Source: a virus. From it: a stretch of 64,000 bases of DNA. How positions within the stretch are numbered: the first letter of the stretch is position 1; each line of letters begins with the position of its first letter. This document shows positions 1-9,534 of the stretch, piece after piece. The position numbers and the translations under genes are program-made. Below the pieces are notes generated by a model. That model ran no database searches and was not told the DNA's origin. It saw nothing but the letters and a program-made list of their open reading frames with translations. Location: IMG/VR virus record IMGVR_UViG_3300035670_000091; one strand, written 5' to 3'.

Positions 1-710
1 GTGATTATGTGTCCGTTAATTGAACCATGCCTAGCTGGAATGGTTACTATTGAATTGCTGTTTGGGTAGTCTACCCCGTTGTAACGAAGCCAGACCCGTA
101 CATCATGGTCAGAAGAGTCAGTATTTGAAAACTGACCTGACCACTGCAGGTTATACGTTCCTACGTTAGAAATCGTTATCTTGCTGCCATCAACTATGGA
201 CATGTTGCTAGCAAAATCAACTGTGTTTAGCGAGATTGCTTGCGGAGTGTTGATAGTAGCTTGAGTCTGAGTAGTGGTGTCGTAAAACGAACCATAGTTT
301 CTTTCCATTAGCTTCGTAGCTAAATTAAGTAGGGTCTGCGTAACATCCAGCTCTGTAGTGGTATTAGTTACTGGGACCTGCTCAATAAGGAAGTCAATCT
401 CCTCAAAGACATCGTCGGGGTCTAACCTATTTAGTTGCAGCTTAGAGTTGGTACTTTGGTCTTTACCAAACACCCCATGCCAAACAGGGTAAGCGGGGTC
501 GCCTCCCTCAAACATAACCCATACCCCCTGGCCAACATCAGGCAGGGGAACTTGCACTCCAGAGATGTTTATAGGCCAAGCCCACTCTGTGTGCGAGTCA
601 GCAAACAGCTGAGGAACCTTTAGTCGCAGACGCCCCTGATTAAGAGGGTCTTTGTTGCTGAATACGGTTCCCCTGTAAACCCCAGGGTAGTAATTACTAG
701 GACCAGGCAT
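1..710 (-). CDS. Baseplate spike-like protein, gp5/VgrG OB-fold N-terminus plus C-terminal beta domain (runs off the window; not in ORF track)
   Basis: Hand translation from ATG 710 (TAATG overlap with upstream stop) is open to base 1: MPGPSNYYPGVYRGTVFSNKDPLNQGRLRLKVPQL...WAWP...GQGVWVMFEGGDPAYPVW, the gp5 OB-fold signature. Confidence 0.85.
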   Translation of the reverse strand, partial: MPGPSNYYPGVYRGTVFSNKDPLNQGRLRLKVPQLFADSHTEWAWPINISGVQVPLPDVGQGVWVMFEGGDPAYPVWHGVFGKDQSTNSKLQLNRLDPDDVFEEIDFLIEQVPVTNTTTELDVTQTLLNLATKLMERNYGSFYDTTTQTQATINTPQAISLNTVDFASNMSIVDGSKITISNVGTYNLQWSGQFSNTDSSDHDVRVWLRYNGVDYPNSNSIVTIPARHGSINGHII

Positions 711-2584
711 TACGCCCTCGAAACAATTACTGTGTAAACCTTGAAGGTACTGTTGTCTCCAGCAGCCACTACTACAGGGATTGTAGTTACAGTCGCTGCA
801 GGCGTATCGACTGGGAGGGTAGGTGAGGCACCATTAATGGTGACTGTCGCTGTGCTGTCAGCAGCTGTAGGTGTAAGAAGAACAGTATTAGTACTTACAC
901 CAGTCAAGTTGTAGGTGAAGAAGTTGGCATTAAATGCAGGAGATAAAGACGTTCCCGCAGGCACGCCTAGAGCTGACAACAAAGCGTTACTAGAGCTCTC
1001 AGAGATAGTCAAGTTAGCTTCTTGGAATACAAAAATTTCGTTGGGCTGTCCTACTAGAGAGTTAATACCTAGGGTGTTGCCTGTAGTTCGTGCCAAAGAA
1101 GTCACCTGCACTACTCGGACGCCTTCCACCTGCTTCAACTGAAATTCGATGTCTTCAGGAGTAATAAGGTCGCCAAATGTGACTCGGTTGTATGAAAACT
1201 CGTTCAGTAGTCTCAACTTAATCGCAGCACTTACTTGCTCTGCTGTGTACTGAGGAAGTCTGGTGTACTTGATGCTCACATTTACTGGGACATAAGTAGG
1301 TGGCGATACCGTTACCGAGACACCAATCTGAGTCTTGTCTACCAGATACGCTTGGGTATCACTTTGAAGCGCTAGCCACTCTGTAGTGAGAAGAGTACCC
1401 GCCTCGTTGTAGCCAGGGAAGATGTCTCCACTGCCCTCGTTACGCTGTGGAGCAACATATAGGTTGACTGACGTTGGAGTTGCAGCCTCTGCCTTAGCCT
1501 TGCCTAGGTTAGGAAGCGCTAGTACTAGGTTTTCATAGTCTTTCAAGCTAACCGCACGAGTGATTGCGCTCAGTAGCTTTGGGGCATTAGTGCGAATGCT
1601 GCTAGTGCTTTCTGGGCTAGACCCACCTACACCAGCAGTAGTGTTCGTCACAAGAAGGAAGTCGCTTACGTTTGCTACCTGTGCATCAGTAAGGCCAGGG
1701 ATTCTGTGTAGGCTGTCAATAACTCCTACAGAGCAGTTACCGATTTCTCCACCACCGACGTCGTACACAACCTTGATGTTGGCAAGAGGGTTAGGGACAG
1801 CGCCAGATACGCCATCACCAAAGATGACGTAAGAGATGTTGTCTGCATCCAGTCGCACTGAGTACACAGCGTCTGATGGGCCAAAGTCTCCGAGGTGAAC
1901 TACCTGCTGCCAAGGCTCGTAGACATCGCCATTCTGTACCCAAACCTGAATGGAACCTTCAACAATTCGGTCTTCTGACAGCGGATAGCTTTGGTTTGGC
2001 TGACCGTTCGATGCCGCAACAAACTCACCGCTAATGTCGTTAGCACTTGTGGCCAAGTTTTCTGGGCGAAGAGCAATGCTCTCAGCGTGGCTAGCTCCTA
2101 CGGTAGCAATACCTGCTGCTCCGCCTACGGCGGCAGGCACAGTTACAGCCTGCAGAGTAGTAAAAATTACGTCCTGCACTAGGTCGTCGACAACAATCTG
2201 GCCCATCAACTGGGTGCCTGCAGGAACCGTGTAGGCTGTTGCTCCGTTATTAGAAAAACGGATAGTCGTGTAGGCAGCCCTAAAGCCAGCAGGTCGGTAG
2301 CCGTACAACTCAGCAAGGTTAATTACATTCTGTCGCTGGCTTGCAGTAGGTAGGTAGGACTCGTTAGCTACACGGTCAATGTAGTAGTTGAGGATGTCAC
2401 CCATGTAGGCAAAGGCTTCGACCAAGGCAACACCAAAGTCAGAAGGGTCTTCACCAGTCCAACGGCGGTTTGACGGAGCGTTGGAGTTTACAGCAAGGCG
2501 TACTCGGTTAAGTAGGTCCTCACGCAGAGAGTAGTAGTCTCGGCTGGTGTAGTCAATTCCTACAGGAATGTTTTCGTTTGTCAT
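710..2584 (-). CDS. Baseplate wedge J / gp6-like protein with C-terminal cadherin-like beta-sandwich
   Basis: DYTSRDYYSLREDL, DFGVALVEAFAYMGDILNYYIDRVANESYLPTA, FGDGVSGAVP, RAVSLKDYE motifs. Confidence 0.9.
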   Translation of the reverse strand: MTNENIPVGIDYTSRDYYSLREDLLNRVRLAVNSNAPSNRRWTGEDPSDFGVALVEAFAYMGDILNYYIDRVANESYLPTASQRQNVINLAELYGYRPAGFRAAYTTIRFSNNGATAYTVPAGTQLMGQIVVDDLVQDVIFTTLQAVTVPAAVGGAAGIATVGASHAESIALRPENLATSANDISGEFVAASNGQPNQSYPLSEDRIVEGSIQVWVQNGDVYEPWQQVVHLGDFGPSDAVYSVRLDADNISYVIFGDGVSGAVPNPLANIKVVYDVGGGEIGNCSVGVIDSLHRIPGLTDAQVANVSDFLLVTNTTAGVGGSSPESTSSIRTNAPKLLSAITRAVSLKDYENLVLALPNLGKAKAEAATPTSVNLYVAPQRNEGSGDIFPGYNEAGTLLTTEWLALQSDTQAYLVDKTQIGVSVTVSPPTYVPVNVSIKYTRLPQYTAEQVSAAIKLRLLNEFSYNRVTFGDLITPEDIEFQLKQVEGVRVVQVTSLARTTGNTLGINSLVGQPNEIFVFQEANLTISESSSNALLSALGVPAGTSLSPAFNANFFTYNLTGVSTNTVLLTPTAADSTATVTINGASPTLPVDTPAATVTTIPVVVAAGDNSTFKVYTVIVSRA

Positions 2585-3000
2585 TTAGCTACATCCTCAG
2601 TTAGCGGTAGATTTCCATCAAGTGTGGCAAAGCCGAGCAGTACTACTTCCGTAGTTCTATTAGGCAAAGAGTAAGTTATTTCGGCTTCAAGAGTGCTGTT
2701 TGCAGAGTCCAAAGTGACTACAGTTGACACCAACTTTAGAAGTCTAAGGTCCCTAGAAAAAGCAAGCTCTACTTGTTGCTTCAAGATTTCAGCAGCAGAC
2801 TCAAGGGTGTCAAAGGTACTTGCAGGAATCTCGGTCCCATAGTCTGGGCGCATAACCCTTTCGCCTACAGCGGTACCTACAGCAGAGCGCACACGGTCTG
2901 CCCATATCTTTTCCTGAGAAGTAGTTGTAGAGATAGTGCCAAACTCGCTGACGCTAAACGGCAGGGTCAGTGCAATCTCGGAAACTCTAATGTCAACCAT
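2581..3000 (-). CDS. Baseplate gp25/GPW-like protein
   Basis: GERVMRPDYGT motif; position upstream of J. Confidence 0.9.
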   Translation of the reverse strand: MVDIRVSEIALTLPFSVSEFGTISTTTSQEKIWADRVRSAVGTAVGERVMRPDYGTEIPASTFDTLESAAEILKQQVELAFSRDLRLLKLVSTVVTLDSANSTLEAEITYSLPNRTTEVVLLGFATLDGNLPLTEDVAK

Positions 3001-3003
3001 TCT

Positions 3004-4383
3004 TTACCTTCTTATGTCCAGAGCCTTGCCAGGAACTGTACTCCTCCAGATGTGAGGAGTAGAGGTGATGCCTGGTTTTGCCATAGTAGTCTTGTTTTGT
3101 ATCAAGTGGTCGATGTTGGTGGAGTTCTTTAGAGTCGCTGAAGCCTCAGTCGTTCTGGCCCCTGACGGAAGCTTTACTACAGTGGTATCTGTCGTGCTGT
3201 TATTAAAGACAGCAGAAGACAAATATGACTCTAGGTCTATTTTACCCACAACCGAGCGGTCTAATGGGCGTGAAGATTTGAAGGAATTTCCTAGGTAGTC
3301 AATAGAGCTAGTTCCAAGTCCGTCTGTAGCAGCCATAATCTCCGCAGAGTACTCTCCTGCTCGATTCATCTTGTGTGACACAGTACGTACTAGCCAACCA
3401 CCGTCAGTTTGGCTGCCTGTTCCATCCACGTACACAAGGCCGTACGGATGAATTCGAGGGTCACCCTGACCAACTAGTTTGGCTGGCAGATTGAATCTAG
3501 CAAGCTGAGCTTCAGAAGAAGCGACTTGCTTTGCCCATGAGTAGCTATTCGCTACGAAAGTCGACTGCGAGGTAAACAGTACGCCGCTCTGGTCTTTCCT
3601 AAGTTGATTGCCCACGTTTATGGGGGAGTTCTTTGCCAAGAACGGTTTTCCAGAGATAGGGTTTACTCCACCTACTTGCTTGTTGGTACGCAAGTCCGTG
3701 CCCCATTCCACATACTCTCCGCTGAGCACTTGGATTGAGTCAAGCGTTCTGTCTATAGCGTGCTGAACGCTTGGCGTAGGCATGCCCCAGTACTGAAGTA
3801 GAGGGATGTTAGACACATCTTGGTAAATAGCTTTGTCAATTGGTCGGAAGATTAAGTCCACGCCATCTACGTAGCAGATGTACCCAATGAGGCGAGCATG
3901 CTCCTGAAGCCATTCCCAATAGCTCTCCGTAGTAATTGATAGCTGTGACCACCTAAACGTGGTGTTCTCACCAACAAATCTCAGTCCAACTTCTTTAGCA
4001 AGAATCGCAGCAACTTCAGGGACTGTCTTATTCTGAAAAATCCTTGGCTGGCTTTCTTTCAGCAAGAAAGAAGAACCAATGCAGTACACCTTTGTTGGCC
4101 TATCGGTTTGGGCTGCCTTAGTCTCAGTAGTTACAGTGACGTAGCCGTACCACACTTTTTTGCGGGAACCTTGGGTCCACGTAAGTTGTATAGGCACACC
4201 TGTGCGTAGTTGCCTAAAGAGCTCTCCACGGTTACTGGTATACGTCAACTGGAGGACGTCATGTTGACCAGCAGCTTGTCTGAGCTCTAGAAACTCAGGC
4301 TGAATCGCAAACGAGGGCAAAGTAGGGAACTCCACTCTGTAACGAGTAGATTTTCTAGGCTTTCCTACTAACTGCTTAGACAT
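3004..4383 (-). CDS. Baseplate hub (gp27/gpD-like)
   Basis: QLSITTESYWEWLQEHARLIGY, GQGDPRIHP...GGWLVRTVSH pattern; synteny. Confidence 0.75.
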   Translation of the reverse strand: MSKQLVGKPRKSTRYRVEFPTLPSFAIQPEFLELRQAAGQHDVLQLTYTSNRGELFRQLRTGVPIQLTWTQGSRKKVWYGYVTVTTETKAAQTDRPTKVYCIGSSFLLKESQPRIFQNKTVPEVAAILAKEVGLRFVGENTTFRWSQLSITTESYWEWLQEHARLIGYICYVDGVDLIFRPIDKAIYQDVSNIPLLQYWGMPTPSVQHAIDRTLDSIQVLSGEYVEWGTDLRTNKQVGGVNPISGKPFLAKNSPINVGNQLRKDQSGVLFTSQSTFVANSYSWAKQVASSEAQLARFNLPAKLVGQGDPRIHPYGLVYVDGTGSQTDGGWLVRTVSHKMNRAGEYSAEIMAATDGLGTSSIDYLGNSFKSSRPLDRSVVGKIDLESYLSSAVFNNSTTDTTVVKLPSGARTTEASATLKNSTNIDHLIQNKTTMAKPGITSTPHIWRSTVPGKALDIRR

Positions 4384-4651
4384 TTGGAATCCTCAAGGTG
4401 GTTCCAATAGGAATGTCCAGGCCGTTACTAATCTCAGGGTTGTAGTCCAGGATTCTCCACCATAGGTCAGGATTGCCCAGCTTTTCTAAAGCCAGCTTGT
4501 CTAGGCGGTCTCTAGAGGTCCAGACGTAGTAGTAAAAGGACGAAGAGTCTTTTGGGAAACTCCGCATGACACCGACAGTATTTGTGTTAGTTCTAGCATC
4601 ATAAGACTTCTGTAGATATCCATCAGAGTATCGGCTGTCTGCAAAAATCAT
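4376..4651 (-). CDS. LysM / tail X-like baseplate protein
   Basis: DRLDKLALEKLGNPDLWWRILDYNP...IPIGTTLRIP. Confidence 0.85.
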   Translation of the reverse strand: MIFADSRYSDGYLQKSYDARTNTNTVGVMRSFPKDSSSFYYYVWTSRDRLDKLALEKLGNPDLWWRILDYNPEISNGLDIPIGTTLRIPNV

Positions 4652-4653
4652 GG

Positions 4654-5892
4654 CTATCCTTCCTTTGCGATGCCCTGGAAGTCTGGAACTCGGCTAGCAG
4701 AAATGCTGACCACAGAAGACAGAGGCACCATTCGGTTGTCAAATAAAGAGTGAGTAATGTCAATGCTGTTGATGACTACTAGGTACCGCATTGACTTCCC
4801 GATGTGTAGCTCAACAAGTCGACCAATCAAAAAGCCTAGGTCTGCAGTAGTTCCACGGAACTGGGTGTTCATTTCAAATCCAACAACAGTCTTGAACAAG
4901 TACTCAATGTCATACATAGTTCCAAGCTTGTGGATTTTAGCTAGTTCTTCAGTTGCCCCTGCTGTCGCTGCAGAGCCGTAGACCTGCTCAATAGTTAGGT
5001 TGTCCCTTAGCGAACCGTCTGACCTGATGTACTGGAAGTCGTGCATGCGGTTCAGCAAAATGGAGAACCCAATAGCTCCAGAAGTCCCTGTGTCAGGCAT
5101 AACTTTGACAGGAGAAGCCACGTACTTCATGTAATCAACAGCTGCAGTTCCAGACACACTCATCGTGATGGATTGAGGGTTGTATAGGAACTGGAATCCG
5201 TACTTATTCATGTTGCTGAAGTTAGACACTGTAGCGATGTCGTTTGCACTAGCAGCGTCTACACCAGCAAAGATGTCGTTGAAGTAGTTAGTCTTTGGGA
5301 TGTAAGTCTGAATCATTCCCTTGCTAGCTTGGCTCGTAGTCCACAGCTGTAGGGCGTCCGTTACACGGGCAGGGGTGTTGTTGATGTACATAGTCTTGTC
5401 AACAACTCCGCCTCTTCCTACTAAACCTACTTTTCCGTTGTCCATCAGACTGATGTTTCCAAAGTAAGCGTCTTTTACTCCACCAATGTTGTAAGTAACT
5501 GGCTTACCTGCAGCGTTGCCAGGGTCAACCGTAGGAGCAGCAGGAGTACCGCCTTCTTTGGCAGAGATAGTTGCTTGCGCAGCAGCGATGTCGCTCGTTG
5601 CTTTAGAGATGTCAGTCTGTAGGTTAGTGCGCTGAGTAGATTTAGACGCACGCTCTTCTGCAAGCACAGCTAGTTGAGCATTAATCTTTGCAATCTCAGC
5701 TTCGGTAGCCGCTCTTTGTGCAGTAGTTAGGTTAGTTGCCAGAGCGCTCTCTAGCCCCACCTTCTCTGTCTTTAAGTTAGCAATCTGGTTATCTAGATTT
5801 CTCAGCTCTAAGTTCAGAGTGGTTACCTGCTCTCTAGCAGCAACAAGTGCTGTAGAGCCTAGAAATGACCGCCAGTCAGTAGCTACTACCAT
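4654..5892 (-). CDS. Putative tail tube initiator/baseplate protein with N-terminal coiled coil
   Basis: FQFLYNPQSITMS motif of tube-initiator-like proteins; located between tape measure and LysM genes. Confidence 0.55.
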   Translation of the reverse strand: MVVATDWRSFLGSTALVAAREQVTTLNLELRNLDNQIANLKTEKVGLESALATNLTTAQRAATEAEIAKINAQLAVLAEERASKSTQRTNLQTDISKATSDIAAAQATISAKEGGTPAAPTVDPGNAAGKPVTYNIGGVKDAYFGNISLMDNGKVGLVGRGGVVDKTMYINNTPARVTDALQLWTTSQASKGMIQTYIPKTNYFNDIFAGVDAASANDIATVSNFSNMNKYGFQFLYNPQSITMSVSGTAAVDYMKYVASPVKVMPDTGTSGAIGFSILLNRMHDFQYIRSDGSLRDNLTIEQVYGSAATAGATEELAKIHKLGTMYDIEYLFKTVVGFEMNTQFRGTTADLGFLIGRLVELHIGKSMRYLVVINSIDITHSLFDNRMVPLSSVVSISASRVPDFQGIAKEG

Positions 5893-7871
5893 TACCTAGC
5901 TCCCATCTGCGACATGAATGAATCCTCTTCTAGTTTTTGCTTAACAAGTTCTGCAAACCTCATAGCTTCAGCCTCGCTGGCGCTAGCTATGTTTAGGTGG
6001 ATAGTTACAGAGTTACTTCCTCTGCTCACCAGAGTTGTTCCGCTAGCAGAAGAGCTGCCACTACTTGGAAGAAGAAGTGAAGCATAGTTAGACAAACTTG
6101 AACCGCCACCTACAGGTCCACCGCTAAGGCCTGCTCCACTACCTGACAATAGGCTTCCGCCACCGCTTCCGCCTGATGTGGGGAACAAGCTAGGCCTCAG
6201 GTCCTTACCAGTCTCACTGTTCTGCACTTCAAAGTGGAGATGAGGCTCAGCAGTTCCTGTGGAACCAGAAAGACCGATTTGCTGGCCCTTAGCTACTCTG
6301 TCTCCCTCTGAGACAAGGAACTCAGACAAGTGAGCGTAAATGGTGTCATACCCGTTACTGTGGCGTAGGCGGATGTACTTTCCGTAACCCTTAGTTAGCG
6401 AGCTCTGTCTAGCCTCTTCTACATAGCCATCGGCTGCAGCGTAGACAGGTGTACCTACGCCTACTCCGTAGTCAATTCCATTGTGAGTGCCATCCCAGAA
6501 CTGAGTGCCAGGCTTACCGTAACCAGCGCTGACTGAGCCAGCGTCTGATACAGGAAGCCCTAAGTTGCCGCCAAGGTCAGTGTCAAACATTCCTCCACCA
6601 CCGCCAGCGTTACCACTATCTACTCCCATAAAGTTGAATGGGTTTAGCATCGATAGCGCCACAGCTCCTAGCGCAGCCCCGAATCCTTCTGCGTCAAAAG
6701 CAGTGCCCGCAGCTCCCATGGCGTTTACGCTCATCAAAGCTGCAGCAGATACAGGGTTACCAAGGTTGGCACCTAGGTCATTGCCAAGAAGAGTAGATAG
6801 GAAGGCGTTTAGTTCACCGAACTCAGAGGCTGTCTTAGACACGTTCTGGTACAGAGTTTCTAGAGCGCCAGCAGCATTTGCAAGACCCTTGGTATAGCTA
6901 GGACCAAACTGCTCTAGTGAGCCTGTTTCTGCAGCATTGATTTTATAGATGTCAGCGAATGGGTTAGTGTAAGTCTCTAGCGCTCCTCCAGGACCAAACG
7001 CATCAGACATGCTTTTCTCGCTGGTAAAGTCCAGAGTTTTTCCTCCAGCCCTAGCGATAAGGTACATCTTTAGTCGCTCTTTAGCGGCAGCATCAATGTC
7101 AAGGCTTTCAATATTAGCTCCGAGGAATCCTCTACGAAGTTCGTCTTGAGTTTCAGCTACGCTAAGGTCGCCTACGATAGTCCTTCTAGCAAACTGTTCA
7201 AAGATGTCAGACTCTTTCATAGACTGACCAGTAAGCGGATTAGATGTAAAAATTCCTCGCTGTAGCAAGCTGGCGGATGTGCGTCCGCCAGTTAGGTTAG
7301 CCATGGACTGAGCAGCGACCTCATTCTCCATGTTCATGTAACGGCCGACGTTACCGATTTGGCTAATTAGAGTGTTGTAGTAAGGACTACTAGTGTTGAC
7401 GCCTCGGCCCGAGAGAATAGCTGAAACAGTAGCGTCTGCCCCTACGGAAGTTACGCCGCCAAGAGCCGACAGGCGGCCTAGAGTTCTATTCTTAAGGTCC
7501 TCACGGCCGCTGGTACCCATAGAGTACATGCCCGCCATGTAGTATCCGCTTTCACGGACAGCATACTTCTCCATGCTGGGCATAAGAGATGTCAGTACAC
7601 CAGTTCCAGCTAAAGCAAGGCCACCACCAGATAGGGCTCGACCAAAGAGGCTTCTTACAGCCCCACCAGTCATCATTCCTGAAATAGGGTTGCTTGTGTC
7701 AAACCCACCGAATGCGTTAGAAGATACACGGCCCAAAGAGGACGGCATCATGCTTCCGCTGCTAGCGCCGCCACCAGCTAGACCTGCTAAGTCATCTTTT
7801 AGACCACGCAGTTCTTGGCGGAGCGACTGTATGTCAGCGGTAAACGAATCAATCGTTGGGTTAGACGCCAT
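5892..7871 (-). CDS. Tape measure protein with C-terminal M23 peptidase
   Basis: Ala/Gly-rich helical body; HNGIDYG, YAHLS, PHLHFEV M23 motifs; follows chaperone genes. Confidence 0.85.
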   Translation of the reverse strand: MASNPTIDSFTADIQSLRQELRGLKDDLAGLAGGGASSGSMMPSSLGRVSSNAFGGFDTSNPISGMMTGGAVRSLFGRALSGGGLALAGTGVLTSLMPSMEKYAVRESGYYMAGMYSMGTSGREDLKNRTLGRLSALGGVTSVGADATVSAILSGRGVNTSSPYYNTLISQIGNVGRYMNMENEVAAQSMANLTGGRTSASLLQRGIFTSNPLTGQSMKESDIFEQFARRTIVGDLSVAETQDELRRGFLGANIESLDIDAAAKERLKMYLIARAGGKTLDFTSEKSMSDAFGPGGALETYTNPFADIYKINAAETGSLEQFGPSYTKGLANAAGALETLYQNVSKTASEFGELNAFLSTLLGNDLGANLGNPVSAAALMSVNAMGAAGTAFDAEGFGAALGAVALSMLNPFNFMGVDSGNAGGGGGMFDTDLGGNLGLPVSDAGSVSAGYGKPGTQFWDGTHNGIDYGVGVGTPVYAAADGYVEEARQSSLTKGYGKYIRLRHSNGYDTIYAHLSEFLVSEGDRVAKGQQIGLSGSTGTAEPHLHFEVQNSETGKDLRPSLFPTSGGSGGGSLLSGSGAGLSGGPVGGGSSLSNYASLLLPSSGSSSASGTTLVSRGSNSVTIHLNIASASEAEAMRFAELVKQKLEEDSFMSQMGAR

Positions 7872-8068
7872 CAGGTGTACTTCCTAGCTAAAACTCCGTA
7901 AGTTTTGGACATCTCTATCCAGTTCTTACGCTCTCGGTAAGTCATCGACTTGATTTCCTGGTAGCCCCAGCCAGGGTAGCTGCGGCTTACCAGTGCCCAC
8001 TCAAAAAGAAGTTCTTCGTAGCCTAAAGACTTAGAAGCGAAAGATAGCCCCGAGACTAATCGGGACAT
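7871..8068 (-). CDS. Small tail assembly chaperone (GT-like segment)
   Basis: YEELLFEW...YPGWGYQEIKSMTYRERKNWI; ATG 8068 with GGAGG upstream, or reached by frameshift. Confidence 0.6.
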   Translation of the reverse strand: MSRLVSGLSFASKSLGYEELLFEWALVSRSYPGWGYQEIKSMTYRERKNWIEMSKTYGVLARKYT

Positions 8069-8849
8069 CCACCTTTCCTCCGCAGTCCTCACAGGCTGCT
8101 TGCACAGAGCTGAACTGAGGTCCAGGATTTCTAGAAGTGATAGCATCCATGATTGCTCGTCTATCTGCAATTCCAATCGCTTGGACTTGCGTCTTAGACA
8201 GAACAGGCTGGCTACCAATCTGAACTACGCATCCTTCTAGAAGAATGGAGTTTAGTTCTCCTGCAGTCTTATCTGCATTGTGCATCATTTCTTTTTGAGT
8301 TTTACGGGACGGTAGCTTGACGGTGTAATCCGTCTTTCTACCTTTCACAGTAAATACTCGGTCTCCAACAGGGTCTAGCAGACTCTTGACGGTGATGTCC
8401 TCGTTGAGGTCTACTTCTACTCGCTTTACTACGGAGCAACCTTCGCAGTAACCGTTTAGTACGACAGTGTTGCCGAACGTGACTTTGTAGATGCCCAACA
8501 TCAGGGCGTCTGCATCGCCAGACAACAGGTTGTCCAGTAGAGCCTCAGTAGCAGGCTCTTCACCTACAGAGACTACAGCTCTGCTGAGGATGGTGGTTAG
8601 AGACTTTCCAATAGTTGCTTGACGAGAGATTGCCTCTTCATCAAGACCATTTAGCTCTCTAACCTCAGCGGTGCTGTAAACCTCCCCGAGGCCACTTAGG
8701 TAGCCACCAGGGAGGGTTACAGAACCATCTGTAGGAGGTAGAAGAGTAATAGTCGGTAGCTCTTCAACAGGAGCAGCGGACATTGCCTGCTGTGCCAGTT
8801 GGTTTGCTAGTGCTGGGTTATCCGCAGCATTTAACGTATTGTTTGCCAT
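8031..8849 (-). CDS. Tail assembly chaperone (T4 gp26-like, two CxxC motifs)
   Basis: LLSGDADALMLGIYKVTFG, CEGC and CEDCG; position between tube and tape measure. Confidence 0.75.
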   Translation of the reverse strand: MANNTLNAADNPALANQLAQQAMSAAPVEELPTITLLPPTDGSVTLPGGYLSGLGEVYSTAEVRELNGLDEEAISRQATIGKSLTTILSRAVVSVGEEPATEALLDNLLSGDADALMLGIYKVTFGNTVVLNGYCEGCSVVKRVEVDLNEDITVKSLLDPVGDRVFTVKGRKTDYTVKLPSRKTQKEMMHNADKTAGELNSILLEGCVVQIGSQPVLSKTQVQAIGIADRRAIMDAITSRNPGPQFSSVQAACEDCGGKVDVPISLGAIFRF

Positions 8850-8871
8850 GTTTTTCTCCTAGGTTGAATTA

Positions 8872-9516
8872 TTAGCGGCCAGCGCCTACGTTGTCGAACG
8901 TAGCAGCGCCAGTGCCAGCGGCAACACCAGTTGCCCAGTTGACATCGAATCCTTCGTGAACCAGAGTCATGGACTCTACGAAGAGTGCGTTGTCAGCAGC
9001 GTTCAAGTCAGAGTACGCTACTGCGGTGACCCATGCGTTGTATACGTTGAAACGTAGCGCAACGTGGTCGTTGTCAGCTGAGTTAATGTTGTTTACATTG
9101 CCAGTGTTAGTTCCGCCAGCAGAACCTGGGATTGGGTGCGATAGCACTGCAATCTCTAGGTCGCAACGGAAGCTCTCACCCTGAACGTTCTGTGCACCGC
9201 CCTGAACGGTAGCGAATAGCTTGCGCATCCACTCCCAGTTCTGAGAAGTACCGACCTGAACACCACGGACCAAGTTAATTGGCTGGAAAGTGGTCTGGCC
9301 AGGAATCTGGTGAACAGTAGTGTTGTAGCCACCCTCACGGTAAGGGATACTCTCAGTGGTAACTGCCAAACCAGAAACTGAGACGAATCCCAGAGTCGAG
9401 TTCTTTAGTGCCGCAGGAACACCAGCTACGCTGTGTGGCTTGAAGGTAACCAGAAACCTAAAATTTCTGATTGGGTCGGTCGTTAGTGTCGACCTGTTAT
9501 TGATGATAGTTGGCAT
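8872..9516 (-). CDS. Tail tube protein (T4 gp19-like)
   Basis: FRFLVTF, GFVSVSGL, YREGG, PGQTTF..INLVRG motifs. Confidence 0.92.
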   Translation of the reverse strand: MPTIINNRSTLTTDPIRNFRFLVTFKPHSVAGVPAALKNSTLGFVSVSGLAVTTESIPYREGGYNTTVHQIPGQTTFQPINLVRGVQVGTSQNWEWMRKLFATVQGGAQNVQGESFRCDLEIAVLSHPIPGSAGGTNTGNVNNINSADNDHVALRFNVYNAWVTAVAYSDLNAADNALFVESMTLVHEGFDVNWATGVAAGTGAATFDNVGAGR

Positions 9517-9534
9517 TAGCTATTTCTCCTTCGG

